Shown one piece after another: positions 9,195 through 19,469 of a stretch of 64,000 nucleotides of DNA (its first letter is position 1; every line of letters starts with the position of its first letter). The position numbers were made by a program, and so were the translations under genes. Source of the DNA: a virus. The notes under the pieces were generated by a model that saw only the letters and a program-made list of their open reading frames with translations, did not search any database and had not been told where the DNA came from. Where the stretch lies: IMG/VR virus record IMGVR_UViG_3300028909_000018, positions 43,555 through 107,554 of that record, one strand, 5' to 3'.

Positions 9195-9515
9195 TTATAA
9201 TTTATAACGCCACTGTTCATTCGGAGGAATTGATTTATAACGCCACTGTTCATTCGGAGGAATGAAGCCATGAGGGTACTTATAACTACATTGTTCTTGT
9301 ATGACACCCTGATTGTCGGGTTTACCTATATAACAATCCTTAGACTGTATATAAGCCCCTATCCCCGCGAAGATGAAAAGTATAACGAAGAACACAACAA
9401 GACCTATAACACGAAATAGAATGTAGTACAAGATAGCCTTACCGGCTATATTACCGATACTGGTGTTCAGAAGGCCGTTGCCGATTTCTTTCGGTGTTGC
9501 ATCAAAAAGACCCAT
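9195..9515 (-). CDS. membrane protein with duplicated C-terminal IPPNEQWRYK
   Basis: TM segment; 31-bp direct repeat. Confidence 0.6.
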   Translation of the reverse strand: MGLFDATPKEIGNGLLNTSIGNIAGKAILYYILFRVIGLVVFFVILFIFAGIGAYIQSKDCYIGKPDNQGVIQEQCSYKYPHGFIPPNEQWRYKSIPPNEQWRYKL

Positions 9516-9532
9516 GATGAATAATCCTTGTG

Positions 9533-10531
9533 TTACCAGCGGTTCATTTGCGCCTGATGAAAATAATATACCTTATTTCCGTAGGTGTCAAGGAGAAAAT
9601 CCTCAATCCACGCCTTGTCCACATTCTCAGGCAAGGTAGATTTCATGGCTGCATCTTCGACATCCACAAACAATTCCTCAATCTTTTCAGACACTTCCTT
9701 GTATGGAAGCCATCCCTTCTTGATATTTAGAAGTTCGGGAGCATTGGGACGAGGAAAAATAATGTTATGGGTTCTGAATAGCTCCACCGCCTGCTGCCCA
9801 ATTCGAACAGCATGAGATAATGCCTTCCAGTCCACGCCTTCATTCTTTTCGGCCTGTAGAGCCCTCTTTCCATACCCGTCCACGATCTTCTCGACCACAG
9901 AGAAGGCGCTTCCGACAGAGGCGGTAAAGGGTAGCAGACGATCACATACATCCAGATGACGAATCTCCTGACCACTGGCCAGAGGGATATCCACGATCTT
10001 GATGAATTCCTTGTCCTTGGCCCATACGTCGATCTTGGTGGCATAATCACCCAGCTTCTTATTCATTCCCAAAATACTAACAAGATGGTTAAGAAATTCA
10101 AGCGCATCACGAGCGGCGGCGACGCGGGAGCCCTTGATGCCGTATTTGTTGGCTTGTTGACGACAATAGCCGATGAAGGCCTTGGACTGCCGGGAGATGA
10201 GTTTTTTCCGATTATTCTGAATACGAGTCCACATAGGAGAGTGTTCAAGAATATAATTATTCGGAGCGAAGAGCATGTCCAGAGAAACCGTCTGACCTTC
10301 CGCGACAAGCTTCAGATACTTATCGAGACTGTAAATTTCCTCATCGATGTCGGCGGAAGAATTTTTCTCAAACTCAGGCTTCTCCTTAGAGTAAGAAATT
10401 GATTCCTTGACGCGACGCAGAAGAATATCCTCGGCGGTGGGAATATAAACCGCCTTGTAATCTGTATCGCTTGTGGGAGTATTTGTCCCATATAAGGATG
10501 ATCCGAAGAGCAATCTAACAATCTTTTCCAT
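9533..10531 (-). CDS. Pol-beta-superfamily nucleotidyltransferase (YcgL/RlaP-like phage family)
   Basis: GS.LYGT.TP.SD.D motif; DWKALSHA.R C-terminal motif. Confidence 0.85.
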   Translation of the reverse strand: MEKIVRLLFGSSLYGTNTPTSDTDYKAVYIPTAEDILLRRVKESISYSKEKPEFEKNSSADIDEEIYSLDKYLKLVAEGQTVSLDMLFAPNNYILEHSPMWTRIQNNRKKLISRQSKAFIGYCRQQANKYGIKGSRVAAARDALEFLNHLVSILGMNKKLGDYATKIDVWAKDKEFIKIVDIPLASGQEIRHLDVCDRLLPFTASVGSAFSVVEKIVDGYGKRALQAEKNEGVDWKALSHAVRIGQQAVELFRTHNIIFPRPNAPELLNIKKGWLPYKEVSEKIEELFVDVEDAAMKSTLPENVDKAWIEDFLLDTYGNKVYYFHQAQMNRW

Positions 10532-10542
10532 GATTAATCCTT

Positions 10543-10632
10543 TTACTTCTTACACTTGTTCCGATTGCGGCGCTTCTTGGAGCCGATCTTCCGACGCCCC
10601 TTACGTGGGCGGTTCTTCTTAGGTGTAGGCAA
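10543..10632 (-). CDS. 29-aa very basic peptide MPTPKKNRPRKGRRKIGSKKRRNRNKCKK
   Basis: AAAGGA RBS, TTG start, fills the dda-NTase gap. Confidence 0.6.
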   Translation of the reverse strand: MPTPKKNRPRKGRRKIGSKKRRNRNKCKK

Positions 10633-10644
10633 TTTCTTTCCTTT

Positions 10645-11901
10645 CTAGAACGTATAGATGCGTTTTGTAGGTCTCGTTGCCGCAACGTAAAGACACTGGA
10701 AGGCTTCCTGTGACTTGTGGTTACAGAGGATGTCCTGCTGGTCAATGTAGCACTCGGTTATTGTCGAACCTTGGGCTCTATGCGCCGTCAGGGCATATCC
10801 ATATCTTACCTCATCGAGGTAATTCTTCAAATCCCAGAATTCCTTCCATGCGGCTCTTTTTCCGCCCTTACTGACATTCTTGGCTTCGATGGCCTTGCGT
10901 GATAGTAGCACATTTAATGCGTCTTGATCAACAGGAACTTTCAAAATAATTTCCTGATTGTTGTTCTTAACGTACAATTCCCAATATTCGATATCATGAA
11001 TATCATCGATCACCACATAATTTTCATTGGTGGCTTCCTCGACAATATATTCATCATCGGTGTGGGCGATAAATTCATCGTTCCTGACGACAGGCTTGCC
11101 GATCAGGATAATATCACCAGCCTCGTACTTTTGGGTGAACAACAACTTGCGGCGAATAATTGTGTTATAATAATTAACCGTATCATTGCGCCATGCGATG
11201 ACCTTGGTTTCATTGAAGTTGACACTTCTAATTTTACTCAAAAGATGATCTTCAAATTCTCTCTTCGAATCAAAAAGAAAGACACCATCACCCTCGGCGC
11301 TGACATCCTGCCGGATCGGAGAGATATAATTCTTTTCACGGAGACAGGCGCGGATTTCAGTCGCCATATTCAGCAACTCATTATCATTCCGCATGACTGT
11401 TCGAAGAATGGCTCTATTACTCTCCTTATCAATTGTTTTCCACGCTGGACTTGATATTTCATTAACCGGAGGAAGCTGCGCCGGATCACCAACGAAGATG
11501 ACGCGAATGGCAGGCATGGAGATGATGACGTTTAGAAGTTCTCGACCGACCATGGAAGCCTCGTCCACGACGATGATCGAGCCCTTGGGGAAGTAGATTG
11601 GCTTGTCAGATTTTGTCAGGACGAGTCGGTCTTCCCGCTCTTCCATCTTTAGGCCGAGCAGGGAGTAAATCGTCTTGACGGAGACGCCAAGATTATTTTC
11701 CAACACCTTGGAGGCCTTGTTCGTCGTCGCGCTGAAATAGAGGTTCGGGATATTACTCTGGGCTATCAATTTGGTCAGGAAGGTCTTCCCGGTTCCTGCG
11801 AAGCCTTGAAGGAGGAAGAACCGTTCCTTCGTCTTAATCCACTTCTTGATGGCCTTCAGTGCTTCCTGCTGGTCCACACTCAGATTAATTTTGTTTGTCA
11901 A
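10645..11901 (-). CDS. dda: Dda-like SF1B DNA helicase
   Basis: GFAGTGKT, DEASM, GDPAQLPPV, YALTAHRAQGST, LYVAATR. Confidence 0.92.
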   Translation of the reverse strand: MTNKINLSVDQQEALKAIKKWIKTKERFFLLQGFAGTGKTFLTKLIAQSNIPNLYFSATTNKASKVLENNLGVSVKTIYSLLGLKMEEREDRLVLTKSDKPIYFPKGSIIVVDEASMVGRELLNVIISMPAIRVIFVGDPAQLPPVNEISSPAWKTIDKESNRAILRTVMRNDNELLNMATEIRACLREKNYISPIRQDVSAEGDGVFLFDSKREFEDHLLSKIRSVNFNETKVIAWRNDTVNYYNTIIRRKLLFTQKYEAGDIILIGKPVVRNDEFIAHTDDEYIVEEATNENYVVIDDIHDIEYWELYVKNNNQEIILKVPVDQDALNVLLSRKAIEAKNVSKGGKRAAWKEFWDLKNYLDEVRYGYALTAHRAQGSTITECYIDQQDILCNHKSQEAFQCLYVAATRPTKRIYTF

Positions 11902-12178
11902 TGTTATTTCTTTCTTTGTGTGAAAATTTCTGTATTCTAAGTATCCTGATCCTTCCGCAGCTTATAATTATTAGGATCGAGGATGACGAAATTCATCATC
12001 CCATGGTAGCCTTTTTCAAGAAGTGGGGAACCGAGATTGACATAATAAATCTCACCACAAGAAAGGGTCTCGCCGGTCCACTTAGCTTCATGGACTATAA
12101 TCACCCAGCCTTTCATTGTCAACATCCAAGATAGAAGTTCTTTACAGACTTCGACGTGACAAGTTCCCCAATTTTTCA

Positions 12179-12613
12179 TCATCCCTCCAAAATTACTGGT
12201 AGTTTCAAATCATTATTATTCATGGCCAATTCAATCAGGAGCCGGATATTCGGAGCCAAATTATTGTAAAAATAATAAGATGGGTTGAACAAGTCCTTGA
12301 TGGCGAAAACATGAAGCTGCTCATCCGTCAAGGGCCTGATCATATTTAGATCATGATCTGGAGTATAAAAGAAATGAACTTCAAAGGTGGAAGTCTTGTA
12401 GACGGCCAAATATTTCCAAAAAGCCTTACTACTAATGGTGGATTCTTCCTTGGCCTCACGATACATGCATTCTAGCGGGGTTTCCCCTTCCTCGACATGA
12501 CCACCGATGCCGTTGAAAAGTCCTTCTTGCCACTTTGGACGGCGCTTCTGGATTAGCATGACGTTCTGTTTTGGTTCATCAAAAATAAGGCCACACGAAT
12601 AGAGTTGTGTCAT
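12179..12613 (-). CDS. NUDIX hydrolase
   Basis: GGHVEEGETPLECMYREAKEES Nudix box. Confidence 0.9.
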   Translation of the reverse strand: MTQLYSCGLIFDEPKQNVMLIQKRRPKWQEGLFNGIGGHVEEGETPLECMYREAKEESTISSKAFWKYLAVYKTSTFEVHFFYTPDHDLNMIRPLTDEQLHVFAIKDLFNPSYYFYNNLAPNIRLLIELAMNNNDLKLPVILEG

Positions 12614-13047
12614 AAAATAATTCCTTCTCTTGGTAAGAATAATTGAATAGGAACCTTTTTCTTTATTGAATAATCAAAAGTGTACCATGTTCCACCCTTG
12701 CTCTGGTGTTCCATCTCCCACGGCACCGCCATCATCACGTCAGAATTATCAACGATATCCCTGTTGCGTTTCATGTAGGTCTGGGGAGCGTGGATAATAT
12801 CAGACTTGTGATTATAACGCAAGATAAATTCTAAAGGTGGAAAACAAACAATTTCATACCCCAAATCCATCGCGATATCAGCGGCTTCGCCGTCCACCCC
12901 GATACAATCTCCATGATTAAATTGTGCTACATCAACGCCTTCAATAATATCATAAAGGTACTGGTATACATTTTGTTTTTGGTAATTGGTCATACCCGAT
13001 CTGGTGCCTGTCACACCGACGCGAAACACTGGTTTATCAGTCAACAT
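12610..13047 (-). CDS. SLOG-superfamily protein
   Basis: VGVTGTR, HGDCIGVD, RN..IVD.SD, GGTW.T. Confidence 0.75.
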   Translation of the reverse strand: MLTDKPVFRVGVTGTRSGMTNYQKQNVYQYLYDIIEGVDVAQFNHGDCIGVDGEAADIAMDLGYEIVCFPPLEFILRYNHKSDIIHAPQTYMKRNRDIVDNSDVMMAVPWEMEHQSKGGTWYTFDYSIKKKVPIQLFLPREGIIL

Positions 13048-13930
13048 CTTCTCCATTAAATTCTCTGACAGCGGCTTCAGAGACTCTCTTGATGATATTA
13101 TTTGTGTCACAGGCATAAAGTCCCGAGCATGAGAAGGCATTGAATTCGATGATCCTAGGACCATCCACGGTCAGCGCCGTATCAACCACATAGACATTAT
13201 CTGGTTGATACTCTTCTCTTGAAATCTGTTTCGCCAAGGCCTGACAATCAGGTTCAACATCGATTCTGATGTCAAGCTTTCCGTCACGCTGATATTGGGA
13301 CTGCGCGATAACCTCTCGATTACAGATCACATGGCGATACTCACCAATAATTGATTTCTCCCGCGCGATGACACAAAGTTCTTCGTCAGAAATATGTTCG
13401 TACCTCGATAGCTGCTCTGGGTTATCCTCGGCGGTATTAAAGTCGAAGACACGGCCAGCAAATGATTTGGTCACCACGTCAGGCCTGATGAACATGCGGT
13501 GATCATCAAAATAAGGAGGTTGGAGACCATCAGAAAGGTCGGCATCCAACCTACGCTTCAACTCACCATAGGGCAGAATCTGCCACCGATCACTCAGCAT
13601 GAGGCCGGGATATCTCCAACAATAATTGGAGAACTTCAGCGCCTCCTTCTTGAAATATGCCCCCGGATATCCCAGATTTTTCAAAATCCCACATCGCTCA
13701 ACCTGATTCAAAAACTGAATCGAACCATAAAGGATGGTCGGCACTGGATCAAGTTGAGTGAAATTAAAAATAGGTTGAACACTGAAGGGAACATACTTTG
13801 TCACAAAGACATTATGTCCCTGATCGACGGCGGCACTTCCTAGGCTTGGAAATCCCCTGTCACCATCATGACGTTCCAGAAGGATTTCATCGATGACCCA
13901 ATTACATTTTTCCATGAAAGAAGATTCCAA
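13037..13930 (-). CDS. ATP-grasp protein (R2K/DUF4343-like)
   Basis: FIRP...KSF.G, EYR, YVVD, IIEFN..SCSGLY. Confidence 0.8.
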   Translation of the reverse strand: MESSFMEKCNWVIDEILLERHDGDRGFPSLGSAAVDQGHNVFVTKYVPFSVQPIFNFTQLDPVPTILYGSIQFLNQVERCGILKNLGYPGAYFKKEALKFSNYCWRYPGLMLSDRWQILPYGELKRRLDADLSDGLQPPYFDDHRMFIRPDVVTKSFAGRVFDFNTAEDNPEQLSRYEHISDEELCVIAREKSIIGEYRHVICNREVIAQSQYQRDGKLDIRIDVEPDCQALAKQISREEYQPDNVYVVDTALTVDGPRIIEFNAFSCSGLYACDTNNIIKRVSEAAVREFNGEDVD

Positions 13931-14290
13931 TTTTTTTGCCTAAATTCATAAAGAACCAAATAAAAATTGTTATGGGCCATAGGATTGATGCAAGGTATAA
14001 ACCTTGATTCGTAAAAACCTCTTCACCAGTTTTTATATGTGTATATCCACAGAAGATGAAGGCGAAAGCAAAATAGAGAAATAGATAAACCCAATCCATC
14101 AGAACATCTCCGATATTTTTACACCTAGTTTAAAGCCCCCCAATAACAGGAATCATGAAAGGCCAGAATAACGCTCCACATATAACAATAGGAGCAGACC
14201 AAAATTTGTGTTGCGCATAGCCGCCAAACAAGGCAGCTATTGCAAAGTATCCAATCACAAAAAGAAACGTTAAAATCAAATTCCAATCCA

Positions 14291-14689
14291 TCAGCCTTTA
14301 ACTCCAATGTTATATTTCACGACAAAATTCCAATCCGGCTTCTCGGCAAAGGGAACCACACGAATTGTCTTCATGCTGGCCACAGGTGACTCGGTGACGG
14401 AGGGATTGACAATCTTGACCAGATTCCACTGTTGCAGAAGGTTGGCGATGGTGTTGCGACGGCCCCGATCCTCGTCGGAGAAATGTTTGCCCTTACCATC
14501 CAACATGAACATCTCTAGAAAATGAACGATGTAATACCGGCCTCGCTTATGTAGAATGTGACAAGTCTGATACAGTGTCTTGTCCTTATGTGAGGCAATC
14601 CCGATTCGGGAAAGAGTTTCCTTGACCTTTAAAAAGTCTTCATCATATTTTAGTTCAATCTCTACGAGAGAATCAACGACAGTAGACAT
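14291..14689 (-). CDS. regA: translational repressor RegA
   Basis: DFLKVKETLSRIGIAS...LYQTCHILHKRGRYYIVHF. Confidence 0.95.
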   Translation of the reverse strand: MSTVVDSLVEIELKYDEDFLKVKETLSRIGIASHKDKTLYQTCHILHKRGRYYIVHFLEMFMLDGKGKHFSDEDRGRRNTIANLLQQWNLVKIVNPSVTESPVASMKTIRVVPFAEKPDWNFVVKYNIGVKG

Positions 14690-14690
14690 A

Positions 14691-15074
14691 TTAATCTCCT
14701 TTTCTTATTATTGTTTCTTCATACCATTCTTTGATATACTGTAACTGTTCCTCGGTAAGGATTTTTAATGTATCCGCCGCGTGGTTAATGGAACAATCAT
14801 AATATTCTGATATTATCTTGATGTTTTCGTCGGCCTCACTTTTAAACCATTTCGAATATCTCTTCCTTCCTTTGATGGAGTTGAAGTAAAAATCCTTATG
14901 GAATTCTTTCGGGATATCTTTGGAGAACGAAGCCGCCTCGGCAGCATAAAGGATCGTGTCAACATGATACGAGAAGAATCGATCCGTAAGGTATTTGTCG
15001 TAGCCCTTGTCTAGTTCCGTCTCCTGACGGTTACTGAGAGCCGCAATATGCTCAAAAGGTTTTAACAAAGGCAT
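14691..15074 (-). CDS. 62: clamp loader small subunit gp62
   Basis: synteny 45-44-62-regA; RKRYSKW, EYY..S...A. Confidence 0.85.
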   Translation of the reverse strand: MPLLKPFEHIAALSNRQETELDKGYDKYLTDRFFSYHVDTILYAAEAASFSKDIPKEFHKDFYFNSIKGRKRYSKWFKSEADENIKIISEYYDCSINHAADTLKILTEEQLQYIKEWYEETIIRKGD

Positions 15075-15258
15075 ATGTCATCACAATAAATATAAAGTAA
15101 AACATGAAAAGATATATATAATCATCCTTCTTTAATTCACGATGGAGCATCATAAATGTTCCTGAAAGAAGAGCCAAGATGGAAAATCCATATATGACAA
15201 ATATGGAGCACCAGATGAAACCGTAAAAAATATTAAATATAAGATCAAGCAACATGGT

Positions 15259-16215
15259 TTATTCCTTCCACACCATTTCAGACATAATCTGTGTTAAAAA
15301 TGCCACGGTATTGATTTCTTTATCAATCACGAAGGCCTGTTTGTAGTCATATTCATTGTATAGCACAACGAAGGACGGAAGGCAAGAAATTTGAACCTTC
15401 AATCTGACGCCATTTAGGAGCCGACGCGCGAAGGCGTTGAAATCATTGACGGAGTTGTAGTTCTCTCCGACCCACTTTCGCATACCATTCCAGTTCTTCG
15501 ACTTTAAAAGGTCGATGATATCATCTACCGACTCTTCCGAGGAAATAGACAAAATTCCTGTGTCAATTGTCTTGGCCTTCACCGAATAGGCATGTAGCTC
15601 CACCAGCGTCTTACGCCAGTCAGGATAATACTTCTTGACAACCTCGGCCACAACCTTCTTGTCATAGGTGACACTTTCCTGATCGAGAATAGTAAATACG
15701 GAAATCAGAAACTCCCGACCAAGAATGGGTAGGTCTTCCTTGGTTAGGTTGAAATCTATGGTGGCGAAGCGGGAGAAGTAGGCGCTATCCAGCCGTTCCT
15801 TATGATTACACGTTATGATGAAACCTGCGTTGGAAGCAAACTCTTCTATGAAGCTTTTAAGCGCCTCCTGAGAGGCCTTCAGCATTCCGTCACCTTCGTC
15901 AAAGACAATGTACTTTCTGCCGTCCTTGAAGCTTACAGACGAGGCAAAGTCCATTACCTCGTTGCGGATCACATCAATCCCCTTCTTTAGGGATGAGTTG
16001 ATCTTAATATAATCCGCATCAATTTCATCAAGCATGGCAAGAGCCACGGAAGTCTTCCCAACACCGGGAGGGCCAGCCAGAACAAGATTTGGAATATTCT
16101 TATCATCAACATATCCTTGAAAGAGGCTCTTGATACGCTCTGGTAGGATGCATTCTTTTACCGTCGTTGGACGATATTTGTCGGCCCATCCAAAATATTT
16201 TCTATCGCCCTGCAT
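15259..16215 (-). CDS. 44: clamp loader large subunit gp44
   Basis: W.DKYRP..V.ECILP, GPPGVGKT, DEGD, FIITCN. Confidence 0.95.
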   Translation of the reverse strand: MQGDRKYFGWADKYRPTTVKECILPERIKSLFQGYVDDKNIPNLVLAGPPGVGKTSVALAMLDEIDADYIKINSSLKKGIDVIRNEVMDFASSVSFKDGRKYIVFDEGDGMLKASQEALKSFIEEFASNAGFIITCNHKERLDSAYFSRFATIDFNLTKEDLPILGREFLISVFTILDQESVTYDKKVVAEVVKKYYPDWRKTLVELHAYSVKAKTIDTGILSISSEESVDDIIDLLKSKNWNGMRKWVGENYNSVNDFNAFARRLLNGVRLKVQISCLPSFVVLYNEYDYKQAFVIDKEINTVAFLTQIMSEMVWKE

Positions 16216-16314
16216 GATCCTTAAATCCCTTCATAAACAATAAAATCATTTTTGTCACACAATACGCCAAGAAACCACAAACAATAACCGTGGGTCCATA
16301 GGCGAGAAGGCAAA

Positions 16315-16977
16315 TCAACACGAAGACTTATCTTTGTTATATGCGAAGTAGTAAGAAATTCTGTCGGATTTGAAGGAGATGGCCCCCTTCTTGGAAACGC
16401 CGACGGCATAATCCGCATCAATTAGGTTTAATAGCTCACGCGGCACGACAATTTTAAAAACCGCCTCGGTCTCTCCGATCAGCGTCGCTGCCGAGTCGCC
16501 ATTCTCGTTGGCGTTGACCACTTCCAGATAAATCTTGGTTCCATTACCCCGGAAGGTGATGTAGTCCGACTTCAGGATATTGGCCAGCTTCATGGTACTC
16601 GAATAATCTTCGTACTTCAAGCCAAAAGAAACATCATTCGTCATCTTGGCATACTTGGCCGGATTCTTTTCAAATTTAATGAATTCTGGCTTTGTAAGCT
16701 GATAATTACAGACATTTGTCTTGCCCTCGGTCGAAATCTTCAGAAAACGATCCGAAACGACGACTTCGGGGTTATCATAAAGACTGAGGATGGAGAGAAG
16801 CTTTGGCAGGGAAAAGATCGAGAATGCTGTTTCGACCTCAACATCTGACTTCGTGGAGGCGAAAACACTTCCAGCAGCCGAGATGACCGACTGCTCAAAT
16901 CCCTCAACAAAATGCATTTGAGGGTTAATTGTGGAGAAGTTTTTCAAAATCTCCACAAACGCCTTTGTAAACTTCAA
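16315..16977 (-). CDS. 45: sliding clamp gp45
   Basis: ILKNFSTIN motif, synteny; TTG start likely. Confidence 0.88.
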   Translation of the reverse strand: MKFTKAFVEILKNFSTINPQMHFVEGFEQSVISAAGSVFASTKSDVEVETAFSIFSLPKLLSILSLYDNPEVVVSDRFLKISTEGKTNVCNYQLTKPEFIKFEKNPAKYAKMTNDVSFGLKYEDYSSTMKLANILKSDYITFRGNGTKIYLEVVNANENGDSAATLIGETEAVFKIVVPRELLNLIDADYAVGVSKKGAISFKSDRISYYFAYNKDKSSC

Positions 16978-17287
16978 ATTACCAACCCCAGACTGAGAAG
17001 AAACCACCACTACGAAGGACGATGAGAGTCAAAATCCCACTTAGAAAGAAGACAAGTCCTGTACCGATATTCTTCCCCTTCCTTTCTTCATCGAAGTTTT
17101 TATGGTGATAAATTTCATAAAAAGTAACACTAGAACTGTATATTAGACGTATCAATCCATTGATGATTATATACATATTCCAAATCAACATCCAATACTG
17201 AGGCCACATAGTTTACTTACCTTTATTTTTTGTTGGAGCAACATCTACTTGTAGTTATTATTTAAAATAATTTAACCTATCTTATTG

Positions 17288-18283
17288 TTATTTATTCTTT
17301 TTTCCAAGTTTTGATATTTCCGCCGTTGGAGAAGCGCCGATACCCGCAAGATCGGCCAGACTTCCGCCGTAAACCATCGTGCCGGTGTGATTTGTCTTCA
17401 TCCATGGGCAAAGCCAGATATGCAGACCGATCTGTTGGATTTTCTGGGAGAACCAATAATCCTCGGAAAGATATCTCTTAGAAGAACGACTGAAGGCATT
17501 GTTATACTCTTCTAAGAGCGTTGTCAAGTCGGCCTGAAGACCGGCTAGAACCTTTGTGTCTTCGGCTTCCTTGGTCTTCTCAAGCGCCATCACGACGCGA
17601 TTTTTAAAGACGTTCAAATCAGGAACGTCGATTTCTGCCTGAAAGAACTGGCAAATCTCTCTTGAACCGTCGAAATGCTCAGTACGAACATGATCTGGAC
17701 GATACATATATTGAGGGAAAGACTCCTGAAACTTGACCAAGGTGCTGCGGCGGATCATCATGAATCCGGTCCCACCTTCTAGAATTTCACAAGGCTCTCC
17801 AATCGGAATGTTGCCGGTTCCCGACTTGGGATTGAACACGAAGTCACCAACGAACTTATCCAGAACTTGGGGATTCTCGTCGTTGGGTCCACAGACGCCT
17901 GAATTGACGGCCTGAACGATCTTCTCCCAGCTAATGCACTTCTTGGGGTAAGGAGCACAAAGCACATCGTATGGTGAATCATCGGTCATGATGCCCATCA
18001 TGGCGATAACATCGCCGGGATCGAAGCCGATGTCGGCGTCTAGGAACAGAAGATAATCCATCTTCGAACGAAGAAATTCATCGACGCAGTAATTACGGGC
18101 TCTGGTAATCAGAGACTCGTTGAAAAGTGCAAAGAATTGAAGTTCAATATTATAACGTGTGCAGATGGCCGTCAGGTCGGCCATTGATTTGGTATACATA
18201 CCACCACACATACCGCCATACATTGGCGTAGCAACAAATAATTTCTTCTTGGCCAATTCCTCATGAGTTAACTTAATTTCCAT
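17288..18283 (-). CDS. phage GT-A-fold glycosyltransferase-like protein
   Basis: LFVATPMYGG, NESLITRARN, FLDADI (DxD), YLSEDY.F. Confidence 0.7.
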   Translation of the reverse strand: MEIKLTHEELAKKKLFVATPMYGGMCGGMYTKSMADLTAICTRYNIELQFFALFNESLITRARNYCVDEFLRSKMDYLLFLDADIGFDPGDVIAMMGIMTDDSPYDVLCAPYPKKCISWEKIVQAVNSGVCGPNDENPQVLDKFVGDFVFNPKSGTGNIPIGEPCEILEGGTGFMMIRRSTLVKFQESFPQYMYRPDHVRTEHFDGSREICQFFQAEIDVPDLNVFKNRVVMALEKTKEAEDTKVLAGLQADLTTLLEEYNNAFSRSSKRYLSEDYWFSQKIQQIGLHIWLCPWMKTNHTGTMVYGGSLADLAGIGASPTAEISKLGKKNK

Positions 18284-18516
18284 ATGGTTTTATATTTCCT
18301 TTTCTTGTTTTTGGGATTTTCTTGTTAGGATCAGTCTATTATTTTTCATTACTGAATCCCACTCTTCCATGTCGATTGTAACCGTATTCCAGTTGTCACT
18401 TATCTTTATTGCATACTCAGATAAGATATATCCGGCCAAACTTATATCGATATCCGCGACATGTATAGATGAAATTCCTGTTGTCGTTGTCCATGGTGCT
18501 ACGTAATCTTTAAACA

Positions 18517-18936
18517 TTAGAATTTTTTGCCACCCTTTTTTTCACGGTTCTCAACCTTATGGTCGGCGCGAGTGGTGTTATAAAGAAACTTTTCCACCAC
18601 GGCCCCACCGATATCCAACCCCTGTTGTGCGGCAAGATCGAAGATGCGGATCACGGCGTCGGCCAGTTCGGCCTCAATTCCCTTGCGGTTCGGTAGATGG
18701 TCATCCATCAGGCCCTTGCGCTGCGCCTCCAACGCCTCGGATAGTTCCGAATGAATCAGGGCAATCATGGTGGAAATGAGATAGTTTTCGAAGACCGGAA
18801 CCAGCTTAGGCGCGTGTTCAGTCAAAATGCTGGTGATTTCATCGGACTTGTTACGCCAGCCCTGCTTGATATTGAAATCACCAACAATCTTCGACATTAA
18901 ATTTAGGTTGTCACCATCATAGTCTGTAAGTTTCAA
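18517..18936 (-). CDS. MazG-like NTP pyrophosphohydrolase
   Basis: ALIHSELSEALE...ELADAVIRIFDL. Confidence 0.85.
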   Translation of the reverse strand: MKLTDYDGDNLNLMSKIVGDFNIKQGWRNKSDEITSILTEHAPKLVPVFENYLISTMIALIHSELSEALEAQRKGLMDDHLPNRKGIEAELADAVIRIFDLAAQQGLDIGGAVVEKFLYNTTRADHKVENREKKGGKKF

Positions 18937-18939
18937 AAC

Positions 18940-19440
18940 TCAATCCTTTGTGTAATAGTCTAGGTTACGGGGAGTATAGTTATCTAGCATCTCGACGCAG
19001 ATATTATAACGACGAGCCATATTTGCGACTCGGGAATCTCCAATTTCATCATGAACGTGACCATAGAGATGGATGGAACCATGGAATTTCTTGTTCCACG
19101 ACTCGATGGGATAGTGATCCATCACGACATGTTTGCTGTTATGAACGAATTCAAGCCGCGTGTGGATGGCCTTCCAGCCCAAATTTCTCGTCGCCGTATG
19201 GTCATGGTTGCCCAGCACCAATTCCTTATAACCCTTCAGGCGTTGAAATATTCCGGTATCACTCTTGTAGAACATGAAGTCGCCATTACAAATCACCCGA
19301 TCTGTAGGTTCGACAACAGAATTCCAATTTTTAATCAGAGCCTCGTCCATCTCCGTGACGGAGGCGAAGGGGCGGTTACAAAACTTGATGATATTCGCGT
19401 GTCCAAAGTGTGGATCGGAGATTACCCATGTGTTTGTCAT
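18940..19440 (-). CDS. calcineurin-like metallophosphoesterase
   Basis: SDPHFGH, GD, GNHD, HLYGHVH. Confidence 0.9.
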   Translation of the reverse strand: MTNTWVISDPHFGHANIIKFCNRPFASVTEMDEALIKNWNSVVEPTDRVICNGDFMFYKSDTGIFQRLKGYKELVLGNHDHTATRNLGWKAIHTRLEFVHNSKHVVMDHYPIESWNKKFHGSIHLYGHVHDEIGDSRVANMARRYNICVEMLDNYTPRNLDYYTKD

Positions 19441-19469
19441 TCTAAAATTCCTTCTTCATTTTCATCATT

